From Adineta vaga (Eukaryota > Animalia > Rotifera): DNA of 64,000 nt. The position numbers and the translations under genes are program-made. The notes beneath the pieces were generated by a model. It worked only from the letters and a program-made list of their open reading frames with translations. It was not told where the DNA came from and ran no database searches. Position 1 is the first letter of the stretch. Every line of letters begins with the position of its first letter. Where the stretch lies: the NCBI GenBank assembly GCA_021613535.1, contig CP075494.1, forward strand, positions 13,144,001-13,208,000, read 5' to 3'. Below are positions 1-16,639 of this stretch, one piece after another.

Positions 1-902
1 TCTCATTAAATCACATATTATATTATTTACAAGTAACGTTCATCGAAAGTCGATTTACTTGGCCCTGGACTTTCACGATCGACATGTAAATATAGCTGTA
101 TTTAGATATAAATCAGATACTTAGTATAGTCATTTCTGTATGGACGTATTCGCACTTCCTGTGTAAAAAATACTTTTCAGTGCAAGCGTTTAGGGTCCCA
201 TCTGTGGAACTCACATAGTCCATTTACGATGACAACCTGTAAATAATAAGATTCTATCTCTAATGAAGCCCTTATCTTTAAGGTTGAATATGCAGGCAGA
301 AAGTCTAAAAATCTCTTGACTTGAAACTTACACTTTATTTTCTTCAAAAATATATATATTAGTTCCACAACAGAAGCGATCATTTTCTACCAAAATACAA
401 TTAACGGTCGTTACCGACAAATCTGATCCATTAAATTGAATTTCCGTTGTTTGGCCCTACCTTTCTAGTCTAGTTAATATGAGCTACTATGTAAAACTTT
501 AATTTACAATTATGTTCTTTATTGGATTCCATCAAAATTGATTTCTACAATACACATCTATTATATATCTCATTAGATTCTTTCTTTGCAATCGCTTGCA
601 TCTTTCATTCGCTGAACCATCATTTTGAATCATTTTTTTTCATTTGTCCGTGTGTTTAGATATATTTAAACAAAAAAAAATCGCACGTTTCGCATACTAA
701 TAACAATAAAAATAAAAGAAACTAGACGGAGAGCTAAACAAGAAGAACAAATAGGTAAACAAAAAGCGCGTTGATGCTCAATTATTTTTGAATGACACAA
801 TGAGAGAACGAAAGAAAAACGATTGGAATGGACATAACAAGCATAAATAAATATAGACAAATCTGACCACCTCCTATCTTTCCATTAACCTAATATTGTC
901 TT

Positions 903-3198
<2,296 letters not shown>

Positions 3199-3334
3199 GT
3201 TTACTGAGCGTATGATTTTTTAATGAATGAGAGTGTTGCAAAAAGGGAGTCGTATTTATTTGAAATGAAGATTGTTAAAGCAATACAGACGTGTTTTGTA
3301 CTATGTGCTGATGGTTGAATATGCTGTCTGCATC

Positions 3335-3370
3335 TGATTGGTCCAGCAAGAGATTTTTCGATGACGTCGA
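3335..3370. promoter_or_regulatory. Candidate CCAAT box and CRE/UPRE-like TGACGT motif in the divergent BiP/RBM19 intergenic region
   Basis: ATTGG (CCAAT on - strand) at 3337-3341 and TGACGTC at 3362-3368, about 140-170 bp upstream of the BiP ATG. No full CCAAT-N9-CCACG ERSE. Confidence 0.35.
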
Positions 3371-3919
3371 TCGTGCGTGTAAGCAATGAAAAGAGTACTG
3401 AGAGAAAACGAAAGGAAATATCAAAAAATGCAACAAAATATCATTTTCAATGATTGTTTGAAAAAGAAAAAAATTTTTATGACTAAAGTTGAAAAAAGTT
3501 ATTTCAAAAATTACCTTGAAGTAGCGGCATCTATAATGATACAAACGAAAATACTGAAGATTCGAGAAAGATTTTTCCGAAATAGTGGAAAACTAAATTG
3601 ATTCCATCAGCATTTTGATAGATTTTGGAAAATTATAAGTATTAATTGCAATTGTTTAATTAAACGCACTAATCAGAAGCGACGGAACAATGATGATTTT
3701 TTCGGTCGCGAAAATATTTAACGAAATCTTGTACCAAAATCCGATATAAACGTTTGACAATTCGTTCGAATCATGCGACTTAACTGTTGAATTAAAATTT
3801 CTTCTAGAAAGCATTTTCATTCAAGAAAATCTTTGTAAAACAATCGATTTCATTGATGATAGAGACAGTAAAATTAAGTAATAACTGATAAGGTTCATCT
3901 TTTCTTTAGATTATTGATC

Positions 3920-6900
3920 ATGTCTCGAGTGATCGTCAAAAATTTACCAAAACAGGTATGTAACAATCGATATTATCTCTCTACACTTCATATAAATGTT
4001 CATTTTAGGTAAAAGAAGAACAAGTTCGAAAACATTTTGAAGCGTTTGGACCAATAACAGATCTTCAATTAAAATATACTAAAGATGGTATCTTTCGTCG
4101 TTTTTGCTTTGTTGGCTATCTTAATGATGAACAAGCACAACGAGCGATTGATAAATTAAATAAAACATACATTGGAACGGCGAAGATTGTTGTTGAACAA
4201 TGTTATAATCTAAATGATAGTAATCGACCTCGACCATGGAGTAAATATTCTCCACAAGTTCAAGAACCAGTAAAGAAACCTATTGATGAGAAGAAAATCA
4301 AAACAAAGAAACAAGGCAATAGTCAATTAGTTGATGCAATACTTGGTGATCTTAAATACGATGAAAAATTTAAAGAATTCGTCAAAAATGTCGATTCAAT
4401 GAGAAATAGTGAACAAATTATATGGAATGATACAATGCAAAATACCGATGAAGAACCAAAACAATCATCAAAAGCAATCAAAGAACAAGAACCAATTCGT
4501 TCATCGTCTCCCGTACAAGAAGAGAAAGTACTTGCTCCTCGTTATTTCGTTCAGATTCGTGGTATACCTTATTCATCAAAAGAACGTGATATTCGTCAAT
4601 TTTTTTCGCCTATCTCTATTCTTCATTGTCGTTTAATACATAATCGGAAAACAAATGCTCTAACAGGAGTTTGTTGGATTGAACTTGAAAATGAAAATGA
4701 TATGAATAAAGCTATGTTGAAACAAAAATCAATCTTAAGCATCGAAAAAACGGGTGAACATCGTTATTTAGAATTAAGTTCACATATAAAAAATCAACAT
4801 TTAATAAATAAATCAACAACAAATCACAAAAAACCATTAAAAGCATATGAACCTATACCTGAATCAATCGGTGAAACAGGAGAATTATTCGTTCGAAACC
4901 TTTCCTATCGTACAACAGAACAAGATTTAGAAAGTCTTTTTAATCCATTTGGACAAATTACAAATATCAATATGCCAATTGATAGTCTCACAAAACAACC
5001 AAAAGGTTTTGCTCATGTTACATTTATGTTTCCTGAACATGCACTAAGAGCTTTCAATGAACTCGACGGACATGCTTTTCAAGGACGATTATTGCATATT
5101 TTACCAGGAAAAACACAACAACAACAACAACAACCAGATTCATCGGAATCAACTAACAATCAGGTATAATATTGAAAAGTGATTATAAGATTACATCTAT
5201 TTCTTAATTTTTAGACACCTACTTCTATTGCAACATCATCTGAACAAAATTGGAATACACTTTTTCTTTCTTCGAATGTAATTGCTGAAATAATGGCTGA
5301 ACGATATGGTCTTGATAAATCATCAGTTGCTAGTTCAACGAAAAAGAATGAAAGTCTTGCTGTACGATTAGCTGTTGGAGAAACTCAAATTATTCATGAA
5401 ACCCGACAATTTTTACTTGATAATGGCGTTCAATTAGATGCATTTAGTCAAGCAATGCCATCGACAAAACGAAGTAAAACAGTTATCTTAGCAAAAAATT
5501 TACCAATAAAAACACATGATCAAGATTTGAGAATTTTATTTGAAAAATATGGTAAATTAGAACGAATTATATTACCACCATATGGTCATTGTGCCCTAAT
5601 CGTGTTTGAACATGCACAAGAAGCACGGCAAGCATTTAAACAATTATCATATCGAAAATTCAAAGATAACAAACCATTGTATCTCGAATGGGCACCGGGC
5701 AATGCTCTTTCAAGTCATGTTAAACACGATGTAAAACCGGTAAGTTTAAAAACAATTTAATACATTCAATTTCAACAGAACGAAACACATTTCCGGTAGT
5801 GATATATTTAGTTAGTACGTAGAGTTCCAATTTGATGATAAATAAAGACAGAAATGTCTATTAGAAAGTGAGACTTTCTTAATTGCTTTCTCTCGTAAAA
5901 ATATAGTATAAAAATAACTAAATGAGAAGATTTTTATAACGAAACAAGACTATATTTCTTCTACGTCACGAAATGATTTCCTGATCTTATTCATATTTTA
6001 TTAAAAACCTTTTCGCTTCCGGATAACTTTCACAAACACGCATATTCTATAATCTTATCTGATTCTTTTGGATAATCACCAAAGCTCAAATAAATCTTTT
6101 TTTTTTAGATTGAATCAAGTACTGATGTACAAGAACCAACAATTACAATCGCAGAAGAAAAAGAAGAAGAGGAACAACCACAAGAAGAGGAAACATTTAC
6201 ATTATTTGTCAAAAATTTGAATTTTGATACAACTGATACAGATCTTGAAAATGTAAGATTTCTAAATGTGATGCTTTTGTTAATGAGTTTTTTTTTCTTA
6301 AGCATTTCTCTTCTATTGGTTCATGTCGTGCTTATGTAGCTAAGAAGAAAGATCCTAAACGTTCTGGTCATATGCTATCGATGGGATATGGTTTTGTGGA
6401 ATTTCCATCGTTGAAATTACTTAATGAAGCACTCAAACAATTACAGCACTCTCAACTTCAAGGACATGACTTAGAATTGAAACGATCCGAACGTACAATG
6501 AAATCAACGTAAATGAAGCCTTTTTTTTCACTGAAAATATAATTGACATATTCTATTCTTATGATAGGCTTCCAGCAAACTCAACGAAACGTAAACGTCA
6601 AACAGAAAAGGAACAACATACAAGTAAAATCTTAGTGAAAAATATTCCATTTCAAGCAAATATTCGAGAAATTCGTGAATTATTTCGTGTTTTTGGTGAA
6701 TTGAAATTTGTTCGTATGCCAAAAAAGATCGATGATGAACACCATCGTGGATTTGGTTTTGTTGATTTTGTTAGTAAAAATGATGCGAAAGTAAGTGAAT
6801 TTAAAAGCAGATGTGTTTGACAAATAATAGTAATTTCTTTGTTCTAGAATGCCTTCGAAGCATTATGTCATAGCACTCATTTATACGGACGTCGTCTTGT

Positions 6901-7154
6901 CCTTGAGTGGGCTGATGAAGAAAATGACACAGTTGAAGGATTGAGAAAAAAGACAGCAGCTGAATTCAGTAATATAATAGATAGTTTATAGATACAAAAG
7001 AAAAAAAATGATTCCCATTTTTCTAGATCTCAATTCGACTGATAAACGTGTTAAACGATCCGAGTTACTCGGTGATTTGCGTAAAATGGGTGGAAATGAT
7101 CAAACACCACTAAAGAAAACTACTGAAGATGATGATGATGATAATGATGAATAA
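3920..7154 (+). CDS. RBM19: RNA-binding protein 19 / Mrd1, multi-RRM ribosome biogenesis factor
   Basis: Starts MSRVIVKNLPKQ|VKEEQVRKHF...YTKDGIFRRFCFVGY. Six RRMs, the conserved linker WNTLF...LAVRLAVGETQII, and terminal STHLYGRRLVLEWA. Stop TAA at 7152-7154. Confidence 0.93.
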
Positions 7155-7812
7155 AAAAATATTTGTGTTTTTTTTTGTTTTTTCTGTTTTGTTATGGATT
7201 ATTTGTTTTGGTTTTTATAACCTACTTTAGATTATATAAATCATGCGAGATCAAAATCTCTGTTACAAAAATCGACGAATAATTTATCTTCCTGTTATTT
7301 TTATTGACATGAATACTAACGGTATGATTGAATGAATAGAAACCCGAAGGTTATTGAGCTCTTCTTTAACCGTTTAATTATTTTCTTATTGCATCGAGAG
7401 ACGAGAGAGAAAAAAACGACAAAGAGAAAGAAACGGAGAAATGGAAACTCGTGTTATATTCTGGCACAACGAACAAAGTGTTAGAAAGACTGTTAGGATT
7501 TTTTTTTCGGGTATGTAGTCGAGCGATTGCATTATGTTTCCTCGACAAAGACTGAAGTAGAAGGCGTTATGAAAGAGAGAGTCAGTCCGTTAGTATAGAG
7601 AAAGGAAAGAAAAATTCTTCTCTCGACTTTTCTTCAAAGCATCGACATGCGTAGAATATAGAAGAGAAATGACGAAGAAAATATAGAAATGTCCTTTGCA
7701 ATGTTCTTTAAGACGATGAGGGGGGAGGGGAGTGCCAGCTTATACATCATCCTTGAGATAATAGTAATCACAAACATTTTTTTCTTGTCAATCTTTTAGT
7801 TTCTTGTTCAGT

Positions 7813-9863
7813 ATGGGAACTGGTCAAACAATTATTCTTGTTGATGGTGAAGCACCACCGCGTTTTATACCATCGACACGTTTTACATTGAGTTTACTTG
7901 TCTTCTTTGCCTTGTTCGTGCAATATTCTCAACGTGTAAATCTGCCAATTGCAATCGTTTGTATGGTTAATCGTACGAAAAGTACGGAACATCAAGTGTC
8001 ATTCAATAGAACAACATCAATAATCAATAATGATTTAACAAGAAATTATAATAAAGATTTTCTACTTGATTTCACTACAACAACAATAAAACCAGTTCTA
8101 ACCGTTTTACAAAAACGGGGATTTCTCGAAGAAAAAAAATTCAATTGGATTGAATTACAACAACAAATTCTATTAGGAGGTTATTGGGCAGGATATATCT
8201 TTACACAAATACCGGGTATGTTCTTTGTTCTCTTTACACGTCGAATAATTAATAAATAAATCATTGTTAATGAATTAGGCGGATGGTTAGCAACCACACT
8301 TGGTGCTAAATGGGTTTTTGCTGGTTCACTTCTTACGAGTTCTATAGCAAGTCTTATGATGACAACTATGTATATGATGTCAAGTACACATTTTACGTTA
8401 ATGTTTGCTTTACGTTTTATTATTGGTCTTGCACATGGTGTGATTTTTCCAGCTACAATTGCACTTTGGTCAGTATGGGCAGTTTCACAAGAACGAAGTA
8501 CTCTTGCATCCATTGGATTTTGCGGTACACATTTCGGTACATCGATAACTATGCTTCTTGGTGGAGTTCTTTGTCGTTATATATCTGCGGGATGGATGTA
8601 CTTATTTGTCATAACAGGTCTTCTTGGTTTTATTTGGTTAGCTTTATGGATACCATTGACATCAGAGTCTCCAAGTAATCATCCTACGATTAGTAGTCAT
8701 GAACGTGATTATATCTGTAAATTAACTGGCAATACGGGAAAGAAACGTACGATGTCATTAGCATCCATACCATGGAAAAATATTTTTACATCGAAACCAT
8801 TGATTGCATTAATTCTAACTCATATAGCAAATCTATTTGGTTTATTTTTCTTTTTAACGAATCTGGGTAAAATTCTTACCGAACTTCTCCGTGTGTCAAC
8901 ACAATATACTGGTTATATATTAGCTTGTGGATTTTTTCTTACACTTATAACTAGTCTGTCGTCAGGTAAATAATTCAAAAGATGTTTTTTACTTTTTCTT
9001 ATAAACTATTTTCTCTATAGGTATTATTACTGATAATCTTGTTCGAAGGAATATTGTAACATTAACAACTGCAAGAAAACTATTTAATTCTTTAACATCA
9101 TTTATTCCAGTTCTATGCATGATATCATTTTATTTTTGTGATCATACAAATAAATTACTAGGCATTGTTACTGTCTTACTGTTTCTCGCTAGTTCGGGTA
9201 AGTCTAATCGATAAATCGAAAATATACAATTCTTTATTATCACGTCGAGTTAATTGTGTCTTTCGTATTCACATTGGGACTTGGTCGATTGTTATTTTAT
9301 AGTCAGAGGAAATAATGAAAGAATATTATTCGATAAATAGTCAGTAACTATAGAGTAATAAAGTTATTGTTTCGAAGAAAAAAGTCAAGTAATAAAAACT
9401 AGATATAGTAATCTAATAAAATGATTTATGATACGATGAGAACTAATGTAAGCCTAGAATGACATTTTGATTATCGAATTCAATGAATATTTGAAAAGAA
9501 AAGGTTCGTTCCTATATTTTAGGACTTGGTTATGGAAGTGGTTATTGTGTTAATTTTGCCGATATAGTTCCGGCTTATTCGGGCGTGATTTTTGGTCTCG
9601 CTAATTCCTTGGCATCTTTAGCTGCTCTCACTGGAAATTTAGTTGCTGGCATGCTTGTTAAGAAACCAGTTTTAGAACAATGGAGAAAATTATACATTAT
9701 GTTTGGAATTGTTTACTTATTTGGTGGTCTTGTATTTCTACTTTTTGGTAGTGGAGTACCACGTAAATGGGCGAAATTTCAAACGATAAATTCTGAAAAA
9801 GAAAAGAAATTGAATGATGAAGAAATTGTGCCAATGACTGAACAAATTCAAGTTAAAGTCTAG
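7813..9863 (+). CDS. SLC17/sialin-like MFS anion transporter
   Basis: YSQRVNLPIAIVCMVN, GYIFTQIPG|GWLA, P.NHPTIS.HERDYI, IPWKNIFTSKP and GLANSLASL; multiple TM helices over about 4 exons. Confidence 0.88.
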
Positions 9864-10360
9864 TCATAACAAAAGAGATACATTTTTTTTAAATTTTACT
9901 TCCGTCCGCTGTGATTAATTATACTAGTCATGAGGATAGATTCCTTCTTTTTTTCTAAAAACAGAACAGTCAGTTGATATACACAAAACAATGAAATTTG
10001 TAACTCGTTTGTTTTCTTCTTTTTCACTAAATGTTAGTCATTGTCGTCTTTTATTTATTCATTGTGTAGATTGGTGCATTATCACTTGAAATCTTTTTTT
10101 TTCCTTATCCGTTTACTTTTAACATTAACATATATATATATAAAAGCATATACAATAAATTAGTTTCCTATATTAAACTTTCAAATTTGATGAGTATTGA
10201 TTTAGTTCATAGATAGAATCGAACTTTTCAAATACTTTAAGAGGATCACATTCGCATAGGTCTTGTTTTCTTTGTGACATGAATTATAGAGAAAAACCTA
10301 CGTGACATAGTTGATTATTGAATTAATAATAACTTATTTGCTTTTTTCTTCTTCTTTTAG

Positions 10361-11258
10361 ATGGCTAACTTTTTCTATCGTCAATGTTTGTCACTAGCAA
10401 CTCGACAGTTTACAATCATTAGTCGAACATATAAATCCAATTTATCCTACGATAAATTATTTCCAAAATGTAAATCACTGGATGTTTTATCTGGTCCCAT
10501 TAACGCGGTAAGAAACAAATATTTTGTGACTAATCAAATGTTTCTATTCATATCAATATTGACTTTTCAGCCAACAACTGAATCAACAGGAAGCGAGAAG
10601 AAATTCAATGGATTTATTCCCATAGGTATTGTCAGATTGCTTTCAAAACACTCTCAAGATGTAAGTTATTGTTTAGATAAACTCGACATTGCTCATCGAC
10701 ATGCTCGAGGTCCAGGTGGTCAACATGTGAATAAAAGTAAGATACATTTTTATATTTTTTTTGTAATTATTGTTTTCTTATTAGCGTTAAGTGGAGTAGA
10801 AATTCGATTTCATATTGATTCAGCAACATGGATACCTGAATCGATAAAACCTCGTTTTCGTGATATGGTTTGTGTTATACATTTTGTTTTTGAAAAAACG
10901 TGGATTTAGATCTGTGTGTGTGTGTGTTTTTTTTGTAGAATCATACACGTATTAATCGTGATGGTTATTTTATAATCTTTTCTGATGAAACACGGCATCG
11001 TTTATTGAATCAAGCTCAATGTTTAGATCGAATTCGCGCATTGATTCGAGAAGCAAGTCTTGTTCCAAAAGGATTGAGTGAAGAAGAAAGAAAAACAATT
11101 GAACAACGGTTAGTTGTTGATGAATAGAGATTTCATTTCCTCTTTTTTTCTATTGTAGAAAAAATGCTGCATCTCAAGAACGTGTCATTCGTAAGCGGGT
11201 TCAATCATTGAATAAACAAGAACGAAGATCTTCTTCTTTGGATTTAAATTCAAACTAA
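10361..11258 (+). CDS. MRPL58: Mitochondrial peptidyl-tRNA hydrolase ICT1 (mL62)
   Basis: Mitochondrial-type N-terminus, KFNGFIP|DKL, RGPGGQHVNK (GGQ motif), VEIRFHIDSATWIP, INRDG..II.SDETR..LLN. Basic C-tail ends at TAA 11256-11258. Confidence 0.9.
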
Positions 11259-11503
11259 ACATTGTTTTTATATATTTGTTATAATAGCAAACAAGTGTTC
11301 AGTTACAAATAATATATTGTAATGAATCGAACGACTTGATTAAAGTATTAGAAGGAAAGTAAATTTTCTATTGATTGGCAAATCTTTCCTATCATCTATT
11401 GATCAATATGAGCACGCTGATATCAAGAAATACGATATCTGATTATCTTTATTTGTAATCTGTATGCACAAACACATAATTTTTCAACTATCGTATCGAA
11501 TAA

Positions 11504-13159
11504 CTAGAGTGTTGTGTCAATATTTTGTCGAAACAGTTTTCTTCTAATGAGATAGCATTGATGTCGACTTAATCGATAGAGCATTTCAGCAATTTCCATC
11601 AATGAAAGAAAACTAATACCAATCCAAAGACCTGTTTGACCACCTATGTTAGAAACAACATCAACAGCAGAAAGTGTTGCTTGCTGTGTATAGAGTTCAA
11701 CTGTTGTCGATTCACATATAACATCAATACTAATGAAATTATTTCGGATTTCATCTTTCCATGTTTCATTCCAAGTCGATGGTAATGGAATAGAAGATCT
11801 TTCAACAAATTGTTTAATACTATCCATAGACCAAGATGGTGGTGCTGATCCAGAAGATAATTTGAGATTAAAATTATTTTGTAAACATTCTAAACCACAA
11901 TTTCCACCATATTTACCAGAAACACTTGCCGTACCTTGAAAAATATCTGCTGCCTTGCTATAACATGGATCAGTTATGTTGCATAAACTGGCATATACCG
12001 TAGTGGTACTACCATAGGGAACAACATGTCGAGCTGACCATTGAAAAGGACTTACACAGCCACATTGGTCGTATCTAAAAAAGAATTCAATCTATGTATT
12101 AAAGAATAACTTTTTTCAATAATACACATACATATAAGTTTGAATAGCAACATAAAAACATAAATCTTCTCCATAGTCATACTTCGCTTCTGAAAATTGA
12201 GCAAACATAGCTTCCATTCCAGGAGTACTCTGACTACTACATGCCGTGTAAGGTGATGGTAAGAAAGTGCTTCTTGTCTTTGAATAACCCATTTTATGTT
12301 TTCGTCCTGGAATGAATTGCATGCCAACTGATTCTACAAGAGGTAGTTGATTATTATCATGTAACATTGCTACCAAACTGACAGCTACAAATAAATAGTA
12401 GAGAGAAAATCTAAGAAATGAATCATCCTTCTTACATTCACTAAGGTACGGAACATATTGATGACTATGTATGTATAAATCCAAATGAAGTTCACCACTA
12501 TATCCATTTTCATTGTTATACCGAACTGTATTATTATTGATACGAGGTGATTGGGCATTAAATGTATAGCAGAGACCGTATACAGGTGATATGAATTGTA
12601 CGAAATCATTCGTTGAACAATTTACACCATTGTAGACACATTTAATCAGCATAGCACTAAGTGGATAATAAAAATTATTCAACGATTCATTTCGATTGAG
12701 TTTGTATTGTAAATAATCATTTATGTATGACGCTTGTTGTTCAGTAAATGTTGTTGTATCAGTTGTATTTGTCAAATTTAGTGCATTAGTATAATTTAAA
12801 AACGGTTCAATAAATTTATCATAACGGAATGGAGAAAAATTACAGATCGTTGTAGCTGCGAATGTCTGTGGCCATTCATCTTCAAATGAGACTGATGTCA
12901 ATGTTGGATACTGGTAATAAGCAAGGACCGATTGAATAACAAAGTAACACATAATGCCAAGGAATGACACGAAAGAAATGAGCCAAAACAGTCGATTATG
13001 TATACTTTCACTACGTGCAATGCCTGGAATACCATGAGTTGATGTATTTAAACTAAAGTCTTTAACGATCTCACGGCGTTGATTAAATTTTGATGGTGAT
13101 GAAAGAGCATCACGATTTATTGGAAATACAGTAGCGATATGTTTAATAGTCTCTGACAT
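11504..13159 (-). CDS. DEG/ENaC (ASIC-like) channel subunit
   Basis: N-terminal TSTHGIP (HG motif), TM1, TTICNFSP, GLCYTFN, Cys-rich domain and SNIGGQTGLWIGISFLSLME (TM2/selectivity filter); two short introns. Confidence 0.92.
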
Positions 13160-13982
13160 TTATAATTACTGTTCTGTAAATGAAACATTCTCTTAAATAG
13201 CTGCTTTATCTTTTAACTCTTGTATTCCATTGAAATGACTTATTGAAAATAGTACAGCTTCAACAATATTTACATTAATAAACTATTACAGTAAGTATAT
13301 TATGTATTATTTTCACTTCAAGGGATGCATGCTATGAACTACATTTTTCTCTTATCGAAAAGATTTGTTTGCTTTGTAACCTTTTAGATTTATTGAGGTA
13401 GAAAACAAGAGTATTTACAATTAACCCTGACATGCCCACCTGTATTTATGTTCGATTTCGACGTCTTTTTTCTGATCATTTCTAAAATACACTGTTAGTT
13501 TGTATTGCTTCAGTTTGTATTACTTTACAAGACAATGTTATGTACTACAAGTACGAATTGATTTCGCTCTTTATATATATATATATATATATTAAGGTAA
13601 ATAACTACGCACATTTTCAAAGCTTTCGTTTTCAACATGGGTTCTTGCGGATCCCAGACGAGCGTATTAGGATTAAAAAGTACGATATTTTAGTTTTATT
13701 TCTTTTTCACAATTACCCTTAATGTAAAAGCACATATTTGCAGTTAGATGTGAATAACTATGTGTATGACATTCCACCCACACTCCAATACATTATATAG
13801 TCATTGTACATTATGTAGACCTGAATGAAAACTCAGAGGTTACTTTAGTTTACAGTGTATTTGATTCGAATGATTTAGGTAGGACATAGAAAAACATAAT
13901 ACATTGCCTTCTGACTTCATAATTTCAGTATATCTTGCGTACACAATATTCTTTTAGTTGATTTGAAATAGTTACGGAAATA

Positions 13983-14643
13983 TCAGTAATAAAGAGCTTG
14001 ATTAAGAATAATAACCAATGCTATAATAAATGCTTGATCTTCAGCATCATCGATTTCCAATTCATAACAACCATTGGTAGTGAGATATTTTCTTTTTATA
14101 GTTGCTGTTACTTTTCCTTCTTTGATCATTCGAAGAGAATGTCCTAATAAATCCAATGCTTCCACTTTATATTCACCATATATTGAATTCACCAACCATT
14201 TCTCATGTAAGGAAAACTTTTGTTTGATCATTGCTAGTTCACGACCATTTTCACCCTCTCGTAAAGATAATATCTTATATGTTATTCGTAGATGAAGCAA
14301 TTCTTCGTGAATATGTATTAAACCACTAAAAATGAAAAATAACATATCTCTTTTCACGAACAACAAAACAAATGATAATTCATCTATCGAAATTTATAAT
14401 TTCACTCAAACTGCCTTACAGAAAAAGATTCAATGTTGTCATATTGACTCACTTTCCAGTCATATCTTCGAGAAAAAGATTATCACCAAGTGTTAATTTT
14501 GCTCGAACATTAAGAACAGGTTGATCTAATTCATCTTTTATTGTATAACTATTTTTCAATGAAAATATTTTTTCATCGATTTTATAACGACGAGTCGCTG
14601 TAGCTTCACCCAAAGGATCAATTGTCAAATATTTATGTGCCAT
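13983..14643 (-). CDS. LURP-one-related / Tubby-C-like (scramblase fold) protein
   Basis: Two exons (intron 14452-14326). YKIDEKIFSLKNSYTIKDE...IKQKFSL...ATIKRKY...YELEIDDAEDQAFIIALVIILN resembles the LOR family pattern. Confidence 0.78.
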
Positions 14644-15161
14644 CGCAGAAAATATCTTGTGTAATTGATTCAATATATTATGAATGGACAATATTCAAAT
14701 TCAAGTGTTAGTCTATTACTCAGATTGAGTATCAATACATTGAAGAGATAAGTTGTTAAAATATCATCAATAAAACCAAAAATAACCTATATTTTCTTGT
14801 TGCTCTTTTTCTTTTCTTTTTTCATACTAATGATCAATATTGACACAAGAACTTCAAATAGAAAGGGAAAAATATGTCAACTAACGTACTTCATATACAT
14901 TATTCTCTTTCTTTTTTTCTACTGTCGATTGTTGTTCTGTTTGCCCCGTACATTCGATGAAGAACATTGAGATCTCATCTCTAATTGACGGAAGTTTTGG
15001 TTACTACTACTACTTTATTAGATATGACACACCAAGACTATCAAAGATTCTGTGATAATTTTTATTCAGATAGTAATGAACTCAATCCAAAATCAACGCA
15101 TTATTAATCAGTTTACTGTTCTTCATGTTAATACATATTCTGATCTAAAAAAATGTATCAT

Positions 15162-16310
15162 TTATACTTCCAGTTTTATTCTGTCGTATATTTCACCACC
15201 CACATAATAATCATTGAGACTTGAAATAGTCATAATCGGTTCTAATGCTGTTCTCTGTTGCCATGTTTTATATTCCATTTCAAATTCTTGTATTTGAACT
15301 TGTTTATTCGATCGACAATTACATAATAGTCTTTGATATATAGAAGAACGTTGAAATTCATTTCCATAATATTTATTTGGTAGAATATAGATAAAAAATG
15401 TTAACATTTGCGGAATATTAACACAAAGAATCAATCCCATATGAAAATGCATATCAATTCGATTCGATAATAGATTATATGTGTTTAAACTATAGCGAAA
15501 AAATACGTATGGCATCGAACATAAAATGATAAGAAATGATGGTAAAAGAATATCTTGATATAACAATATTTTTTGCCAATATTTTTGTTTTTGTTGTTTC
15601 ATTTTGAAAAATAGTAATAGAATACATGTGATATGAATTAGACATGCAATAAGTATAAAACTGTAGGATGTAAACTTATTGATATCAAACCAAATTGGAT
15701 ATATATAATTATTATAAGTACAAGAGAACTGATTTGATCGATTAAGTATTAAATGGCGAGCAAAGATTTTATCAAGATTCGATATTGAAATAAAAAACAT
15801 AAGAATAAATATAATTGATAAAGCACTTTTTCGAGATCGAAATCGATCAAAACTAAAACAACGATACATGATACTTTCAATAGCAATACCTGCACTCATT
15901 AGGATATTTGTATTACTCATAATAAGAAATAGATATGGATAAAAATGACAAGTCCACAGACGAAATGAATATCCATCATATTGAAAATTAAGAATAATAT
16001 TTATTAAAAATAAACTCATCATAATAAGTCCAGATAATGAAAACATGATTAAATAAATTCCAATGACTGTAAATCTAATATAATCACGTTTAAATACCAT
16101 TAATGAAATCATATTATTGATCAAACCAAAACAAGCTAATAAAATCGCAATGAAAAAATAACTTTGACGTAATAATGATCCATCGTGAAAAAGTTCACCA
16201 ATGACGGTCAATGTTTGGGCATTGTATCGAATTTCATTAATTTTATTCGCAATAAAGCAACACAGATTCGTAAGACATTTACGATTGTTATCATCTACAC
16301 ATAATTTCAT
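15162..16310 (-). CDS. Orphan rhodopsin-like 7TM receptor
   Basis: 382-aa intronless ORF with GLINNMISL (TM1), IAIES (DRY position), ECL2 cysteine and TFFIYILPNK.Y..EF after TM7. Confidence 0.7.
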   Translation of the reverse strand: MKLCVDDNNRKCLTNLCCFIANKINEIRYNAQTLTVIGELFHDGSLLRQSYFFIAILLACFGLINNMISLMVFKRDYIRFTVIGIYLIMFSLSGLIMMSLFLINIILNFQYDGYSFRLWTCHFYPYLFLIMSNTNILMSAGIAIESIMYRCFSFDRFRSRKSALSIIFILMFFISISNLDKIFARHLILNRSNQFSCTYNNYIYPIWFDINKFTSYSFILIACLIHITCILLLFFKMKQQKQKYWQKILLYQDILLPSFLIILCSMPYVFFRYSLNTYNLLSNRIDMHFHMGLILCVNIPQMLTFFIYILPNKYYGNEFQRSSIYQRLLCNCRSNKQVQIQEFEMEYKTWQQRTALEPIMTISSLNDYYVGGEIYDRIKLEV

Positions 16311-16639
16311 TGCTGAATATTCTACGAAGTGAACGACACAATAGATTTTTCAATAATGAAGCATTTTATTTTTCGCATTTGATAAATATTATATTTGCAT
16401 ATGCGAAAAAATGTTGACTGGCGATTTCTACTTCAATAAATATGAATGATTATCGAAAAATTAATTTGATTTTAATCTTTTGTTCTATATGTAAATATTC
16501 TTTATGTGAGATTTTCGTTTGAATTACTAAAAATATCAACGAACGAAATAGATTTTTTTTTTAAGATTTTATTAATAAATAAAAGTTTAGATAAGAAAAA
16601 CGTATGTTAAAAGGAAAAACTCGACGTGAAACAAGTTGT

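Noticed and set aside
1-860. Short ORFs and a possible repeat remnant downstream of BiP
   Set aside because: No motifs or recognisable termini; includes the BiP 3' UTR.
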